Shown piece after piece: positions 1-9,224 of a DNA stretch of 64,000 nt. How positions within the stretch are numbered: position 1 is the first letter of the stretch; each line of letters begins with the position of its first letter. Made by a program: the position numbers and the translations under genes. The notes beneath the pieces are model-generated. The model was not told the origin of the DNA. It ran no database searches and was given only the letters and a program-made list of their open reading frames with translations. This stretch comes from an uncultured bacterium (GTDB lineage Bacteria; Zixibacteria; MSB-5A5; UBA10806), in contig CBEUCH010000001.1 in the NCBI GenBank assembly GCA_965541585.1, positions 1-64,000 on the forward strand. Direction: 5' to 3'.

Positions 1-391
1 GAATGCCCCCAGTCCGTTCACCGAAGATGGATGGTTTGATACCGGCGACCTCGTGGAGGTTGACGGTGATTACATTAAATTTCTGGGCCGTAAATCGGAT
101 GTGATCAACGTTGGCGGTGAAAAGGTCTATCCTGCTGAAGTTGAGAGCGCTATTCAGGAACTGGATAACGTGGCAGAGGTTGTAGTTTCCGGCGAGAAAA
201 ACCCGATAGTCGGTAATATAGTATGCGCAAAAGTTAGATTGTTGCATGATGAGGATCATAAGCAGTTTACCGCCAGGTTGAGGAAATATTGTCGCCAGAG
301 ATTGCAGAGTTATAAGGTTCCGGTAAAGGTTGATATCGTTGAAGAAAAACAGTATAGTAGCAGATTCAAGAAGCTCAGGCGTTCTGAGTAA
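1..391 (+). CDS. AMP-binding (acyl-CoA synthetase family) enzyme, C-terminal part; 5' truncated by window
   Basis: Frame is open from position 2: DGWFDTGDL...GRKSDVINVGGEKVYPAEVE...YKVP, the C-terminal motifs of adenylate-forming enzymes. Confidence 0.9.
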   Translation, partial: NAPSPFTEDGWFDTGDLVEVDGDYIKFLGRKSDVINVGGEKVYPAEVESAIQELDNVAEVVVSGEKNPIVGNIVCAKVRLLHDEDHKQFTARLRKYCRQRLQSYKVPVKVDIVEEKQYSSRFKKLRRSE

Positions 392-410
392 TCCTATCTG
401 CCAGTGATTT

Positions 411-1460
411 GTGTTCATGAGTCCAGGAAAAAGAACACTTCATATAATTATAGGGTGCGATACCGATCCCGATAGACAAGATTCTGTTGATGGCGTCTCT
501 GTGGAGAGGTTTTCATGGCGGGGAATGTCGGAGGGTATACCTCTCGTCAAGAGGATGGTTGACGATCTTAAGGATAGTGATGGGCGGGCTCCGATATTCA
601 CCTGGCTTTTGCGAGTCGACGAGCAGATCCGGATACTGTATGGTGATTGTGGATGGATTCTGGAGAATTTTCGACGGTTGCTGCTGGATCTTGAGTCAAC
701 GGGCGATGAACTCGGCTGGCATCCTCACCTCTACCGATTCGACGAGAAAAAGAAAAATTGGTTCCAGGAAATCAATGATGTCGAATGGCAGACAGGAATG
801 CTGCAACAGGCTTATGATGCCTATATGAACATTTTTCCCGGTCGGGCCAGAAGCGTTCGCATGGGCTGGGATTATCATAATAACGCCACTATGAGGACAT
901 TGGATGAACTGGGTATTAAGATAGATTTCTCAGCCGTTCCGGGACTCAGCACGAAAGCGACTTCATCAAGAAAGATACATAATGTATATGACTGGTATGT
1001 AAGCCCACGAAAACCATTCTTTCCGTCAAAGACCGATTACCGTAGGGGAGCTCTCGTGGGCGAAGAATCGCTGTCTATTCTGGAATTGCCCAATTTTACT
1101 TCGAAATCGTTTATCTGGGGAATAATCGGCGGGCTGCAGTTTATGAGGAAGATGCATGATATGTCGCTGATGTTAAAGGCGATAAAACGTCCAACCTACT
1201 GGATAAATCTCACGGGAAAGCCCGGACTGTTTTCGCCCATTGCATCTCAACTCAGGAGGGATTTGAAAAACGCGAATCAGCCGGAATTGTTTTTTGCGAC
1301 CTATTTTCATGCGGACGAACTCCTCGACAACAAGAGCTTCCTTTATGACAGAAGCAGCCTGCGAACAAATCTCGAGACCATTATCAAGATTTGTGGAGAC
1401 GAGAATTATGCTGTGAAATTCTCAAGCGCTAGGGAAATACCGAGCATAATTCAAACCTGA
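411..1460 (+). CDS. Polysaccharide deacetylase-like (CE4/NodB-fold) protein
   Basis: N-terminal acidic motif (GCDTDPD), ELGWHPH metal-binding motif, RMGW motif and late YFHADE motif. Confidence 0.6.
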   Translation: MFMSPGKRTLHIIIGCDTDPDRQDSVDGVSVERFSWRGMSEGIPLVKRMVDDLKDSDGRAPIFTWLLRVDEQIRILYGDCGWILENFRRLLLDLESTGDELGWHPHLYRFDEKKKNWFQEINDVEWQTGMLQQAYDAYMNIFPGRARSVRMGWDYHNNATMRTLDELGIKIDFSAVPGLSTKATSSRKIHNVYDWYVSPRKPFFPSKTDYRRGALVGEESLSILELPNFTSKSFIWGIIGGLQFMRKMHDMSLMLKAIKRPTYWINLTGKPGLFSPIASQLRRDLKNANQPELFFATYFHADELLDNKSFLYDRSSLRTNLETIIKICGDENYAVKFSSAREIPSIIQT

Positions 1461-1546
1461 GTATTAAAAGACCAATAAAATATCTATTAACTTCAACAAT
1501 CATAGGATAATTGGATCTATAATTACCATTATATTGCATTAATCCC

Positions 1547-1575
1547 TTGACTCTGATCGTGGACAACTATATCAT
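1547..1575 (+). promoter_or_regulatory. Putative sigma70 promoter
   Basis: TTGACT-N17-TATCAT about 40 nt upstream of the 1615 start, which has a GGGAGG RBS. Confidence 0.55.
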
Positions 1576-1614
1576 AATTAATAAAGAGCCACATTTTAAG
1601 GGGAGGAAGACGCC

Positions 1615-4302
1615 ATGAAGTCGTTTTATAAATTTTGCGTGGTTATATTATTTTGCTGGGGCTCGCTTGCTCTGGCCTCCACAATACATGTGCCCGGAGA
1701 TTATCCCACAATTCAAGGTGGAATAGACGCTGCATCCGAAGGGGATACTGTTCTTGTGGACGACGGCACGTACATTGAGAACATTGATTTTATGGGTAAA
1801 GCAATTGCGGTCATGAGCGAAAACGGGCCAATTTCCACTATTATCCATATCGCTTTATCTGGAGTTCCCGTTGTGTATTTTCATAATGACGAGGGCAGGA
1901 ACTCGGTTATTCAGGGATTTACCATCAGCGGTGATTGGTCATATTGGGGAGTTTACTGTGTTTCTTCATCTCCTTTAATATATAACAATATTATCAAAAA
2001 TCATGAAACCGGGGTAAGAGCTGTATATGGTAGCCCTTTGATTAGGAGAAACGAGATTAGCCATTGTGATCACTCAGACATTGCCCCGCACAAAGGTGGA
2101 GCAGTCTTCCTTGAGTATTCGTCTAATGCTATTGTAGATTCCAATTTCGCTCATCATAATGGAGCACACGTCGCTGCCGGAATGGATTTCAGTTTTTGCA
2201 GTAACATTCTAATTGAGCGAAACTTGATAATGTCGAATACGGCCTCAGATTACATTGGCGGTTTAGTTTTGAATAACTGCAATGGTATAGATCTTCTAAA
2301 CAATACAATCGTCAAGAACGTCGCCCTTGATCTTTATTTGGGGTCCGTAACTTTTCATCATTGCGAAGGCATTAACATTGTGAACAACATATGTTCGTTT
2401 AATCAAGAATGGGGCATTCTGGATTATGGCGCTAATAGTGGCGTAACGGTTGATTATAATGATGCTTACAATAACGTGGCGGGAGATATTGGGGGTCTTA
2501 CTCCAGGGCCAAACAACGTCTATGAAGACCCACTTTTTGTGGATTTAGAGAATGATGATTATCACCTCCAGGCGGAATCTCCCTGCATAGATGCTGGAGA
2601 TCCGGCATCGCCGCTGGATCCTGATGGTACTATAGCGGATATGGGTGCGTATTACTACTTCGCGGGCACGACTACATACGGTCTCACCATCGCCAGCACC
2701 TTTGGCGAAAACGGGCAGCCGGTGGATCTGCCTGTCATCGCATACGGCTTGGAAAACCAGGAGATTGCGGGAGTGGAGTTGCATATAGATTATGACGAGG
2801 CTTGCCTGGAATATAACGATTTCTCATCCGACTATCTCGCCGACGCGCTGGTTAACGTAGTCGACGGGGAGATTCATATATTGTGGGAAGATTACTTAAG
2901 TCCGATTGTGGTGCCGGACAGCGCGGCGATGCTCGATCTGCAGTTTACCGTGCTGGGCCAGCTTGGCGATAACTGCTCCATTGCATGGCTGGAAGACAAC
3001 GAACTGGTCGATTCCCTCGGTGAGGCAATCGAAGATCTGACCTTTGTCGATGGAAGCGTCAATGTTGTTGAATTTCACGATATAAGCGGGAACGTTGTCT
3101 ACTATGATCTGCTTACTCCGGTGGCCGATGTCACGGTGGAACTGACGGGCGATTATGGCGCCTCAGACATCACCGGTGAGAACGGCGCCTACGGCTTTGA
3201 GGATCTATTCCCCGGAGAGTTTACGATCTGCCCGTCGAGATCCGAGGACGATGCAGGTGTGACCGTTACCGATATCGTTCTTATAAGGCGGCACATTGTC
3301 TGGCTTGAGCTATTTGATACCCCGTATAAGCTGATAGCGGCGGATGTGAACGAGAGCGGCGGTGTCAGCGTGGCGGATGTAATTAAGATGCGACGGTATC
3401 TGGCGGAACTCGACGAACTCCCCGGCGGCAACTGGACATTTGTAGATTCCAGCTTCGTAATCACCGATGAGAACTGGCCGGTTGCGCCCGGGTGTATGGA
3501 TGTATCGCTGTGGGATGCCGACCTGACCGATTCGAGTTTTGTCGGTATTCGGATGGGCGATGTTGATTATTCCTGGGCCCAGGGCCGTCTGGGGATACCG
3601 CCTCCCAAGGTAACGGATACGGCGGTGCTCGATCTGATGGACTGCTACGGGCAGCCGGGGGAAACGGTTCAGATGCCGATCAATGTATCTGGTTTTAGCG
3701 ATGTCGCAGGTCTGGAGCTGCATATTGAGTTTCCATCGGAGGGGATGAGCTTTATCGGCTTTGGCTCCGATGTTATGGCCGATCCGACGACCAACGGCAC
3801 CGACGGCGAGATTCACTTTGTCTGGGAAGACATATTCAATGTAGTATCGTTAGAAGATGGCGAAGAGGTTGTGTCTATCGCCTTTGAGATCTCGGAAGAC
3901 GCATCGGATTCAATGCTGGTATCTTTTACCGCCGCATACGTTGTTGATGAAGAGGGAATCGATTTCATAGTTGACTCCCGCGCCGGATACGTCCTGTTGA
4001 ATCAGACCCCCAATTACGGCGATGATATCGTATTGCCGGAGTCGTATCGGTTGAGTCAAAACTACCCCAATCCTTTCAATGCGGGGACCGTTATCGAATT
4101 TGATCTGCCGGAACAATCGTATGTCGCAATCGAAATCTATGATCTTCTGGGGAGACGCGTTGAGACCATTGTCGATCAAATCAAAGAAGCGGGTTACCAT
4201 CAGGTCACCTGGAATGCCGTAGATCAACCGTCAGGGATATATTTCTTTAAGATAGAGGCAAGTGATTTCGCCCAAGCGAAGAAGATGCTGTTATTGAAAT
4301 AG
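1615..4302 (+). CDS. Secreted T9SS-CTD protein: parallel beta-helix, cohesin, Cna/carboxypeptidase-regulatory-like domain, dockerin, second cohesin
   Basis: Signal peptide; TIHVPGDYPTIQ start and Asn-ladder beta-helix; DYHLQAESPCIDAG cap; two homologous cohesin-like repeats (AGVELHIDY..GEIHILWED / AGLELHIEF..GEIHFVWED); dockerin-like AADVNESGGVSVADVIKMRRYL; LSQNYPNPFN...KKMLLLK tail. Confidence 0.8.
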   Translation: MKSFYKFCVVILFCWGSLALASTIHVPGDYPTIQGGIDAASEGDTVLVDDGTYIENIDFMGKAIAVMSENGPISTIIHIALSGVPVVYFHNDEGRNSVIQGFTISGDWSYWGVYCVSSSPLIYNNIIKNHETGVRAVYGSPLIRRNEISHCDHSDIAPHKGGAVFLEYSSNAIVDSNFAHHNGAHVAAGMDFSFCSNILIERNLIMSNTASDYIGGLVLNNCNGIDLLNNTIVKNVALDLYLGSVTFHHCEGINIVNNICSFNQEWGILDYGANSGVTVDYNDAYNNVAGDIGGLTPGPNNVYEDPLFVDLENDDYHLQAESPCIDAGDPASPLDPDGTIADMGAYYYFAGTTTYGLTIASTFGENGQPVDLPVIAYGLENQEIAGVELHIDYDEACLEYNDFSSDYLADALVNVVDGEIHILWEDYLSPIVVPDSAAMLDLQFTVLGQLGDNCSIAWLEDNELVDSLGEAIEDLTFVDGSVNVVEFHDISGNVVYYDLLTPVADVTVELTGDYGASDITGENGAYGFEDLFPGEFTICPSRSEDDAGVTVTDIVLIRRHIVWLELFDTPYKLIAADVNESGGVSVADVIKMRRYLAELDELPGGNWTFVDSSFVITDENWPVAPGCMDVSLWDADLTDSSFVGIRMGDVDYSWAQGRLGIPPPKVTDTAVLDLMDCYGQPGETVQMPINVSGFSDVAGLELHIEFPSEGMSFIGFGSDVMADPTTNGTDGEIHFVWEDIFNVVSLEDGEEVVSIAFEISEDASDSMLVSFTAAYVVDEEGIDFIVDSRAGYVLLNQTPNYGDDIVLPESYRLSQNYPNPFNAGTVIEFDLPEQSYVAIEIYDLLGRRVETIVDQIKEAGYHQVTWNAVDQPSGIYFFKIEASDFAQAKKMLLLK

Positions 4303-4323
4303 CGCTTACGATTATATCTATTC

Positions 4324-4350
4324 AAGCCCGCCTCGAGCAGGCGGGCTTTT
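4324..4350. terminator. Intrinsic terminator (possibly bidirectional)
   Basis: AAGCCCGCCT-cgagc-AGGCGGGCTT followed by T-run, between convergent genes. Confidence 0.8.
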
Positions 4351-4409
4351 GTTTTGGCTCAGGATAGCGGATCCGTAATCGTTGTGTTTAATATCAAGGT
4401 CTATGATGA

Positions 4410-7400
4410 TCAACGGCAGGGAACGAAGCGGACACCGCCTTTCTTATCCTTGATGATTTCTTCCAGCATGGAAAGAGTAAAATCGATCTGCTCCGTGGTA
4501 TTTCGCAATCCCAGTGAAAGGCGGATTGCGCAATGAGCATCCTCTTCAGATAAGGACATGGCCAGCAGGGCGTGAGAGGGTTCCGGCGATCCGGATCGAC
4601 ACGCGGATCCGGACGAAATCGAAACGCCTCTCTGATCGAGAGCCAGCACCAGAGACTCCCCCCGAATGCCTGGCAAAGTCATATTAAGCGTGTTACATAA
4701 ACGCTCGGTCTTGTGCCCGTTCAACTTCGCCTCAGGCACCAGTTTTTTGATACCATTCTCCAGCCTATCCCGCAGTTTGCGAACCTCTTCCATCCGGGGC
4801 AGCCGCCGATCCGCCAAATCCGCTGTCTTACCCAACCCGATTATATTGATAAGATTCTCCGTTCCGGCTCTCCAACCGCTCTCCTGCCTGCCTCCATGAA
4901 TCAACGGATGAAGTTCGACTCCCTTTCTTATAAACAGAGCGCCTACCCCCTTTGGGCCGTATATCTTATGACCGGATAAGGTAAGCAAATCGACTTCTGT
5001 CGCTTCCACATCCACCGGGATCTTGCCAATTGCCTGTGTCGCATCGGTATGAAATAGTACTCCATTTTCTTTTGCAATTCCAACCAATTCCTCGATCGGC
5101 TGGATGGTACCCGTCTCATTATTAGCCATCATCATGCTGACCAATGAGGTTTCAGGCGTAATGGCATTCCTCAAATCGGAAGGATTGACTCTTCCGCTGC
5201 GGTCAACCTCCAGGTGTGTTATATGGAAACCGAATCTTTCTAACCACCTGCAGACCTCAAGCACCGAGGGATGCTCAATTGTCGACGTGATAATATGATT
5301 CCTGCCGCTCCAATTGGCGAAAGCGATACCCTTGATAGCCAGGTTATTTGCTTCTGATCCACCGCCGGTAAATATGATCCGTTTTGCAGTGCAATTGAGC
5401 AGTTGCGCAATGCTACGTCGAGCGCCGTCCAGAACTGCCCTGGCATCTCTTCCTTCACCATATATGCTAGAGGGATTGCCGAAATATTTCTCCATATGTT
5501 CAGACATAACCGCACGCACCTCGGGATCAAGATACGTTGTTGCATTGTGATCCAGATAAATTCTATCGGATTGAGATCCTGGCTGTGTTGAAGAGATAGC
5601 GATCTCTGCAGATTCGACATATTCTCCGGAATCAATTGATATAATTTCCCCTGCATCATCCAGTTTGACAACTTCGCAGAGTAGGGCCTTATAGACCGGA
5701 AAACCCGAGATCGGATCGTACCTGTTAAGATCGGTCAAATCGTTTATGTTACATTCCTGCCAGGCCGTAGGACCCACGGGCCCTCCTCCTCCCATGTTGG
5801 CATCGACGGCGCCCTGCGCGATATCATCGCTGACGAATGCCCTCATGGTAACCTGTCCCCTCGGCGAACTGACACGCACCAGATTCCCGTTTTTAATATC
5901 GCGAGCCTCAGCATCGACTGAATTGATGGTTACGGTGGGTTCCGGACGTTCTTTGCATAGCTCCGGAATGCCGTGATGCTGGGAGCGAAAGTCGGTGGTA
6001 ACCCGTGCCCCCGAATTAAACACCAATGGAAACTGTTTCGCTATGGCGGGCTGCGAGGAAGGACTTTCTTGTGGTTCCGTATATACCGGCAATGGGTCAT
6101 ATCCGTGTTCTTCGAGGATCGTCGATGCGATTTCGAACTTGCCCGATGGAGTATCAAATCCCGGCTCTCCATCGGGACGAAGCAGCCCCTTTTCCCATTT
6201 TTTGTATTGCATCATGGTGCCGGATGATTGCACAATTCCTCCCGCTTTACGAACATCCTCGGGGGTAAAACCTGATCCTTTCAGCGCGTGGCGTAATAAC
6301 TCCTCCTCGTTTTGAGGGTAGAGCCGGCCGTATCCCAGTCTATCAGCCAGTTCGGCCATTATAAGAAAATCATTGCGAGCTTCCCCGACAGGTTCGATAA
6401 CTTTTTCCCGAATACGAAATACCGGACCATAAGTCATGTAAGATTCGATCTCATACATAGTGGTAGCAGGCAGGACTATATCCGCATAGGCCGCATCAGC
6501 AGTTAACTGACGATCGATACAAACCAGGAAATCAAGAGCATTTAGGGTCTTTCTCCAGATCGACGGTTGCGGCCAGGCAGTTATAATGGAAGCTCCATGA
6601 ATTATCAGAGCGCGAATCTGATATGGTTTGCCATTCAGTACTGAATCCGGCAGTGCAATGGCATGTGACTCACCCCGATAGGTGCTGTAAACCGGGAATC
6701 GGTCTCTGCCCAATGCCTTCTTTAGATTGGGGTTAGGTATGTGGCCCGATCGGTTAACCGGGAACTGATTTTCGCGCATGGTAAAACATCGGCCACCAGG
6801 AACATCCAGTTGCCCGGCAAGCGCCCATAATACGGAAGTGGCCCGTATCGCCTGCACTCCGCTTTCACTGTACTCGAGGCCGCTATACATAACCGGTGAG
6901 GCCCCGTTTGCCCCTGCGATCCGGCGAGCCAAAGAGATGACCATCTCCGCAGGTATGCCGGTAATCTCCTCTACCACCTCGGGTCTGAAGTGCTGAACAT
7001 ACCGGGAGAATTCGTCAAATCCCCGGGTCCAATCCCTGACAAAGGATTCGTCAAAGAGCTCTTCTGAGATCAAGATATTAGAAAGTCCCAGCGCCAGGGC
7101 GCCGTCGGTGCCCGGCCGGATGGGAATCCAATCGGCATCGGTGAGCTTGGCGATCATTGTGCGACGGGGGTCTATAACGACGACCCTGGCTCCGCGTTTA
7201 TGCGCCTTGAGGATGCGTTGAAAATCATAAGGAGGACAATCAGTGGCAGGATTAGCACCCCAGATTACGACGAGCTCGGCGTTTTCGATGTCCGAGAACA
7301 TATTGATTAACATGCCGCCCATGGTAACATGCGGCGCAATCATCGCAAACGCTACATAACATAGAGCGCCGACCCCCATGGTGTTTGGCGAGCCGAATGG

Positions 7401-7829
7401 GAACAGGACGCTGGATGCCGAGGAAACCGCAACTCCCTCCGGCTGGAACAGATCGCACAAAGCCGGCTCGAAAGCTCCTCGACCAGTATATATGCAGGCA
7501 GACTCGGGTCCATATCTGGATTTGAGAGTATCTAGATTTTTGGTGATAGTCTCATAGGCGTCATCCCATGAAATTCTCTCGAAATCATACGTTCCTTTTG
7601 GGCCTTTGCGTCGCATGGGGTGCCGGATGCGGTGCTCTGAATAAACGATATCGGCGGAATGTTCTCCCAGCTTGCAGATCATTCCCAGTTCCGAGCTTTC
7701 GTCGGGTCGAACTTTAGAAATTCTCCCATTGATGTCGTAAGTCACCACGACCCAGCATCCTGTGGGGCAAATACCGCATATGGCACGCCGCTCCTTATCT
7801 GAGTGATTAGCTGATTCTCTCTGTCTCAT
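4410..7829 (-). CDS. Molybdopterin (DMSO reductase family) oxidoreductase fused to IscS/NifS-type cysteine desulfurase
   Basis: N-terminal CGICPTGC...C Fe-S motif, WGANP, IRPGTDGALAL, ADIVLPA and C-terminal bisPGD-binding domain; then YLDHNATT, SGHKIYGPKG (PLP Lys) and SSGSAC (catalytic Cys). Start placed at Met39 of the listed ORF (7943 is an alternative). Confidence 0.9.
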   Translation of the reverse strand: MRQRESANHSDKERRAICGICPTGCWVVVTYDINGRISKVRPDESSELGMICKLGEHSADIVYSEHRIRHPMRRKGPKGTYDFERISWDDAYETITKNLDTLKSRYGPESACIYTGRGAFEPALCDLFQPEGVAVSSASSVLFPFGSPNTMGVGALCYVAFAMIAPHVTMGGMLINMFSDIENAELVVIWGANPATDCPPYDFQRILKAHKRGARVVVIDPRRTMIAKLTDADWIPIRPGTDGALALGLSNILISEELFDESFVRDWTRGFDEFSRYVQHFRPEVVEEITGIPAEMVISLARRIAGANGASPVMYSGLEYSESGVQAIRATSVLWALAGQLDVPGGRCFTMRENQFPVNRSGHIPNPNLKKALGRDRFPVYSTYRGESHAIALPDSVLNGKPYQIRALIIHGASIITAWPQPSIWRKTLNALDFLVCIDRQLTADAAYADIVLPATTMYEIESYMTYGPVFRIREKVIEPVGEARNDFLIMAELADRLGYGRLYPQNEEELLRHALKGSGFTPEDVRKAGGIVQSSGTMMQYKKWEKGLLRPDGEPGFDTPSGKFEIASTILEEHGYDPLPVYTEPQESPSSQPAIAKQFPLVFNSGARVTTDFRSQHHGIPELCKERPEPTVTINSVDAEARDIKNGNLVRVSSPRGQVTMRAFVSDDIAQGAVDANMGGGGPVGPTAWQECNINDLTDLNRYDPISGFPVYKALLCEVVKLDDAGEIISIDSGEYVESAEIAISSTQPGSQSDRIYLDHNATTYLDPEVRAVMSEHMEKYFGNPSSIYGEGRDARAVLDGARRSIAQLLNCTAKRIIFTGGGSEANNLAIKGIAFANWSGRNHIITSTIEHPSVLEVCRWLERFGFHITHLEVDRSGRVNPSDLRNAITPETSLVSMMMANNETGTIQPIEELVGIAKENGVLFHTDATQAIGKIPVDVEATEVDLLTLSGHKIYGPKGVGALFIRKGVELHPLIHGGRQESGWRAGTENLINIIGLGKTADLADRRLPRMEEVRKLRDRLENGIKKLVPEAKLNGHKTERLCNTLNMTLPGIRGESLVLALDQRGVSISSGSACRSGSPEPSHALLAMSLSEEDAHCAIRLSLGLRNTTEQIDFTLSMLEEIIKDKKGGVRFVPCR

Positions 7830-8098
7830 TGAATTTCTCAAAAAATTTGCGTTAATTCTCAGACTGGTCGAATTTTCTGACCCCTGGTTCAGAATGAAAT
7901 GTCTGTCAATCGTATAACTAATCGGTGGGTGCTGGTTTGTCAAGCAGCGGGATGGTTCGATTCATCACGTGATATTCCCTGCCGATAAATAGATCTGGAA
8001 ATCGATGGTCGGGCAATTTAGCCATTAACTATCGATTTGATCGCTTTATGGAAGCCTGAAATAGAATTTATCGATAATTAGGAATTTGAGGAGGTACC

Positions 8099-9208
8099 AT
8101 GGCTGTCATGATGGAAGTTATCGAATGGATGGATATGGTCGGAACCGACATGATACATCGCTTCCCGGAATCCGGTTCGCTGGATATAAAGGCGGGCGCT
8201 CAGCTTATCGTTCGGGAATCTCAATCGGCTGTATTCTTCAAATCCGGTAAGGGGTACGATATTCTTGGTCCCGGGAGGCATACGTTGTCTTCGTTAAACG
8301 TGCCGGTACTTACTCGCGCTCTTTCATTACCATGGGGATTCAAATCTCCGATCCGATGCGAGGTTTATTTTATCAATCACAAGGTTTTCACGAATCTGAA
8401 ATGGGGCACTCGCGATCCCGTGGCCTTCCGTGACAAGGAATTGGGGCTTATCCGCCTGCGTGGCTATGGCGCCTACACCTGCAGAATCGTTGAACCGCTT
8501 CTATTTATAAACAGCCTGGTGGGAAGAGAAGCGGCTTTTTCAACCGAAGATATCTCCGGCTACCTGCGCGACGTAATAGTAGCCCGGATCAACGATCTTT
8601 TCGGCGAAAAGCTCGAAACGATACTGGACCTTCCGAAACAGTACGACGAACTGGGACAGGAGATAAAAGAGAAGATCTTCGGCGAATTTTCAAAATACGG
8701 CTTAGAGTTAATTGATTTCTATATTACCTCCATCACTCCGCCCGATGAGGTTCAAAAGATGATCGATGAGAAATCGTCGATGAAGGCAGTCGGCGATCTT
8801 GATAAATTCATGAAATACTCCCTGGCGAAAGCGATGTCATCGAGTGGCGGAACGGCGCAGGCTGGGGCAGGCCTGGGGATGGGAGCCGGTATCGGACTGA
8901 TGGTTCCTGCGATGCTTTCAAACGCTTTCTCACCGGACGAAAAGAATCTCGCCAACGAGGCGCTTCCCACCGTGACATGCCCCAAATGCGGAATAGCTAC
9001 ACCTCAGAATTCCATGTTCTGCTATAAATGCGGGCACCAGATGGTGGCGGCCGACCGTTGTCTCGAATGCGGGCAGGATCTTCCGGGTGAGGCCAAATTC
9101 TGTTTCTCCTGCGGAAAAAAGTTGCATGAGAAAACTACCTGCGCCAAATGCAGTGCCAAATTGCCGCCGGGATCGAAATTCTGCACCGACTGCGGTGAGA
9201 AACTGTAG
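8099..9208 (+). CDS. SPFH/band-7 domain protein with C-terminal double zinc ribbons (YdjI-like)
   Basis: GAQLIVRESQSAVF, GPGRHTL, KWGTRDP motifs; Gly-rich GAGLGMGAGIG; six CxxC pairs; GAGGAGG RBS. Confidence 0.85.
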   Translation: MAVMMEVIEWMDMVGTDMIHRFPESGSLDIKAGAQLIVRESQSAVFFKSGKGYDILGPGRHTLSSLNVPVLTRALSLPWGFKSPIRCEVYFINHKVFTNLKWGTRDPVAFRDKELGLIRLRGYGAYTCRIVEPLLFINSLVGREAAFSTEDISGYLRDVIVARINDLFGEKLETILDLPKQYDELGQEIKEKIFGEFSKYGLELIDFYITSITPPDEVQKMIDEKSSMKAVGDLDKFMKYSLAKAMSSSGGTAQAGAGLGMGAGIGLMVPAMLSNAFSPDEKNLANEALPTVTCPKCGIATPQNSMFCYKCGHQMVAADRCLECGQDLPGEAKFCFSCGKKLHEKTTCAKCSAKLPPGSKFCTDCGEKL

Positions 9209-9224
9209 CTCTTAAGTTAAGGCT

